Origin: an uncultured Aliarcobacter sp.
GTDB lineage: Bacteria; Campylobacterota; Campylobacteria; Campylobacterales; Arcobacteraceae
Length of the DNA: 64,000 bases
Assembly (NCBI GenBank): GCA_963664305.2
Contig: CAXXLV010000002.1
Coordinates: 896,001 to 960,000, forward strand
Reading direction: 5' to 3'
Part shown: piece by piece, positions 61,138 to 64,000 of the stretch
How the letters are laid out: every line of letters begins with the position of its first letter
Position numbering within the stretch: the stretch's first letter is position 1
The notes under the pieces: generated by a model
What the model was told of the DNA's origin: nothing
Database searches by the model: none
The model's input: only the letters and a program-made list of their open reading frames with translations
Translations under genes and position numbers: made by a program

Positions 61138-61503
61138 TCATAATTTCTTCAAAGCATTATGTTCAAACAAAAACATCAAAGTTTCATTTACATAATATTT
61201 TATAGAATCTCTTGTGATTTTATCTAGCTTATATACTTTTTGTCCTCGAATACTTTTTCCTTTTCCAAAAAGAAAATTGTATTTATCACTTATATATCGA
61301 CCTCTAAACCAACCAATATGAATATAATTTTCTTTGACTTTTATATAACAAAATCCACCCTCTTTGGAATAAAGCGTAGTTATATTTTCACTATATTTTT
61401 CTTTTGCATCATTTACAATACAAATTTTTATAAAATCTCTTACATTCAAAAAAAGTTCAGCATATTCGCCATTGCTATCTTTTTCAAAAGAGGTTCTTTT
61501 CAT
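61138..61503 (-). CDS. Hypothetical protein, DUF1801-like
   Basis: FCYI...YIHIGWFRG...LFGKGKSIR pattern. Confidence 0.6.
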   Translation of the reverse strand: MKRTSFEKDSNGEYAELFLNVRDFIKICIVNDAKEKYSENITTLYSKEGGFCYIKVKENYIHIGWFRGRYISDKYNFLFGKGKSIRGQKVYKLDKITRDSIKYYVNETLMFLFEHNALKKL

Positions 61504-62070
61504 CTATTTTATTTTTAACTCTTTAGAAGTATCATAAACCAGTTCATAATAGTTATTGTTGTTATATGAAAACTCTTTTATAACTTCAAGTCCAATTTTT
61601 CTAGTGTGTGCTTCATACGACCTTTGATTTATTTTATTTATAAAAGTTACAAGGATAGGAAATCTTTTTGCCATATTCTCTCTTGCAAAATCAAAAAGTT
61701 TTTCTAAAACTTGTTTTCCTCTATACTCTTTATCCACACAAACAGGACCATATTGATATGAATTTTTTGTAGTTAATTTTTGTCCTATATACTCCAGATT
61801 TTTTAAGTCTTCTATCATATAAACAAACATTGGCCATCTTGACCAAAAATCCCAAGATGCACTCATTACATAAGCAATTACTCTTTCATCTTCAACTGCT
61901 ATAAATAAACCTTGCTCTAAAGTTATCAAATCAACCATTTGCTCTTTTGTAAAAGCAGTTGTTATAAATCCATCTTTTTTATCTTCTTCATTTATAGTAT
62001 TGATTTGATATTTTGCGTGTAACTCTAAAACTTTTTCTATATCATTTATTTTTGCTATTTTAAAATTCAT
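61504..62070 (-). CDS. GNAT family N-acetyltransferase
   Basis: DGFIT, YQYGPVCVDKEYRG, FINKINQRSYEAHTRK. Confidence 0.85.
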   Translation of the reverse strand: MNFKIAKINDIEKVLELHAKYQINTINEEDKKDGFITTAFTKEQMVDLITLEQGLFIAVEDERVIAYVMSASWDFWSRWPMFVYMIEDLKNLEYIGQKLTTKNSYQYGPVCVDKEYRGKQVLEKLFDFARENMAKRFPILVTFINKINQRSYEAHTRKIGLEVIKEFSYNNNNYYELVYDTSKELKIK

Positions 62071-64000
62071 ATTTTTCCTAATTGTTTTTTTATTAGATAA
62101 TTTAATATACCACCATATTTAAAATATAAAAGCTCTAGTTTATTATCAAGTCTTGATAAAACTTTTAGATATTTTACCTCATCAGCTTTTTTTATTTCTA
62201 TTTCAAATTTCGAATTTATTTTTAAATCTGTTGTTTTGATAGTTATTAATTCATCACCTTTTAACTGCTCTAAATCATCTTCAATTAATTCAAGGGGTAA
62301 AATCCCTACTTTTATCAAATCTTCTTTAAAATTCTTTTCAAATGATTTTGCTACTATTACTTTTATACCTAATAGTTTTAAACCTTTAATTACTTGAATA
62401 TTATTATATGAAGTTGCAAATTTTTTATTTGATAAGATAATCAATGGCTTATTTTGATTTTTCATTTTTTGTGCATATTCATAAATAGTAACTATCTCTT
62501 TATTTTCAAAATCTTTTGTATATCCACCCTCTTTTGGGAATACTATTTTATTTTTTATTTTACTTATTGAAAAAAGACCTCTTTTTAAAACCTCAACATC
62601 ATCATATCTTTTTTCATAAGTTCCAAATTGGTCTGGTTTTAATCCTATTGATTCAAGATAAAATCCAACTTGAGTATATGGTGTTATTTCTCCATAAGGT
62701 ACTATATCTTTTGTTGTTATCTCTTCATCAAAAATTGCCAATATTTTTGCTTCATCTATATTTATATACTCTTCTTCTTTTTCTTCAAACATATCTAATA
62801 CTTTTTTATCAAAAGAGATTTCTTTTAGATTTTCAATAGTCTCTTTTTTCATATAGATATCTTTATACTTATTTTGATAACAAGAAGAATCTATACTTAG
62901 TAACTTACTATTTACTTCATTTGTACTAGGCCATATATCACTTAAACAAATATCTTGATATATAGTATCTTTAGTTATATCAAAATTTATATTTCCTTTT
63001 AAACTATATGCTAATACTAAAGCTGGCGACATAATCCAAGAAGATTTTATTTTATTATTAGAGTTATTCTCATCTAAAGAAGATATTGATACAACATTTA
63101 GATTAAACTCTTCTATCTCTGATATTAGTTCTTGAGTTAATTCTTTTGAACTCTCTATTACTATTTTAATTCCTAGATATTCAAAATATTTTAATAAGTC
63201 TAGTTTTTCTAGATACTCTTTTATCTGTAAAGAGTTTAATTCAAAAAATATTTTTATATTTTTATTTATTTGTACTTTTAGTTCACAAGCCTTTTTTGCA
63301 ACTAAACAAGCTTCTATCAAAAGTGTTAAACTTGAATTTGATGAAATAGTTGCTATTAAAATATCATTGTCTTTTACTACTCTTCCTTTCTTAAAAGAGT
63401 CTAACTTCAATGGTACATCTTTTACTTCAATTCTTTCAAATCCCTTTTTATAAATTATTGATGGTTTAATTGTTGAAAGATTAAATCTTATATATTCATC
63501 ATAAGTTAAATCTTGATTGTCATACATACCTTGTTTGATAAAATACTCTTTTATTAATGATGCATCAACTCCTCTTGTTTTTTCCACATAAGAAAGAGTA
63601 TTTTCATCCATTCCAAAATATCCACAAACTGCACCAAACTCTATAATTGTATTTGATAATGTAACTCTATCTTCTATACTGATATTTTTTAAACCGATTC
63701 CATAAAACTCAACTATCTTATTTTTTATATTACTTATTTTTAATATCTCTATTAAGGCATTTACAATATCACTTATACTTACACCTAATGATATATTTCC
63801 AAATAGCTCTATTCCTACTACACTTGGAAATTCTAAAATTATTGGTGAACCTAATATTGCAGATTTAATATCTATCTCGTTTAGTTTTATTCCTAATATT
63901 CCTATAGAGTTTGTCATACTAACTTGAGTATCAGTTCCAACAAGGGTTTCTGGAAATAAAAATATATCATTAGCTTTTTGTCTTGAATATAACATAGTTG
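62067..64000 (-). CDS. Aconitase A homologue with degenerate catalytic and Fe-S motifs (5' end likely outside window)
   Basis: Collinear with AcnA: PETLVGTD, VVGIEL.G, IVEFYG.GL, MSPALVLAYSLKG, LSDIWPS, GILPL, YGGIL. The frame is open to the window edge. Confidence 0.88.
   Translation of the reverse strand, partial: TMLYSRQKANDIFLFPETLVGTDTQVSMTNSIGILGIKLNEIDIKSAILGSPIILEFPSVVGIELFGNISLGVSISDIVNALIEILKISNIKNKIVEFYGIGLKNISIEDRVTLSNTIIEFGAVCGYFGMDENTLSYVEKTRGVDASLIKEYFIKQGMYDNQDLTYDEYIRFNLSTIKPSIIYKKGFERIEVKDVPLKLDSFKKGRVVKDNDILIATISSNSSLTLLIEACLVAKKACELKVQINKNIKIFFELNSLQIKEYLEKLDLLKYFEYLGIKIVIESSKELTQELISEIEEFNLNVVSISSLDENNSNNKIKSSWIMSPALVLAYSLKGNINFDITKDTIYQDICLSDIWPSTNEVNSKLLSIDSSCYQNKYKDIYMKKETIENLKEISFDKKVLDMFEEKEEEYINIDEAKILAIFDEEITTKDIVPYGEITPYTQVGFYLESIGLKPDQFGTYEKRYDDVEVLKRGLFSISKIKNKIVFPKEGGYTKDFENKEIVTIYEYAQKMKNQNKPLIILSNKKFATSYNNIQVIKGLKLLGIKVIVAKSFEKNFKEDLIKVGILPLELIEDDLEQLKGDELITIKTTDLKINSKFEIEIKKADEVKYLKVLSRLDNKLELLYFKYGGILNYLIKKQLGKI

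Noticed and set aside
4657..62839. Many 60-140 aa ORFs antisense to or nested in confident genes (e.g. 5661, 11242, 12224, 17510, 21958, 26838, 33737, 50059, 51247, 53290, 62516)
   Set aside because: They are wholly or mostly overlapped by well-supported genes on the other strand and show no recognisable motifs.
1..64000. CRISPR array, tRNA/rRNA, IS element, integron attC array or prophage
   Set aside because: No regularly spaced repeats, GC-rich structured RNA, transposase, integrase or phage structural genes were seen by eye. Intergenic gaps are mostly under 250 bp.

Overview
This is a very AT-rich, gene-dense chromosomal window. Gene content and order point to a Campylobacterota bacterium, most consistent with Arcobacteraceae (inference). 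It is mostly core genome: carB, metX, ftsA-ftsZ, recD2, mrdA, fliP, the rplI-hslVU-tatD-mltD-rlpA-hisB-kdsC-lptCA-engB-argA run and ubiX-coaD-tmk-hisS-speA-cysE. Accessory modules are interspersed: a Tat-exported GMC dehydrogenase pair, a 3xPAS/degenerate-GGDEF/EAL protein, a secreted rhodanese with an orphan histidine kinase divergent from a TolC/MFP/split-RND pump, a MocR regulator pair, and a TetR-HPP unit. I saw no rRNA, tRNA, CRISPR array, IS element or prophage. The most notable observations are: (1) an uninterrupted aconitase A homologue that has lost the Fe-S ligands and the catalytic motifs visible in the window (pseudo-aconitase); (2) an intact serine resolvase homologue lacking its catalytic serine, with a palindrome upstream; (3) a tatD whose conserved N-terminus has no ATG/GTG/TTG start and would need ATA/ATT; (4) an orphan gene with a HEPN-like RxxxxH motif; (5) a duplicated TetR operator; (6) an RND permease split into two genes; (7) back-to-back candidate leaderless promoters. 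All calls come from reading motifs by eye; no database search was run.
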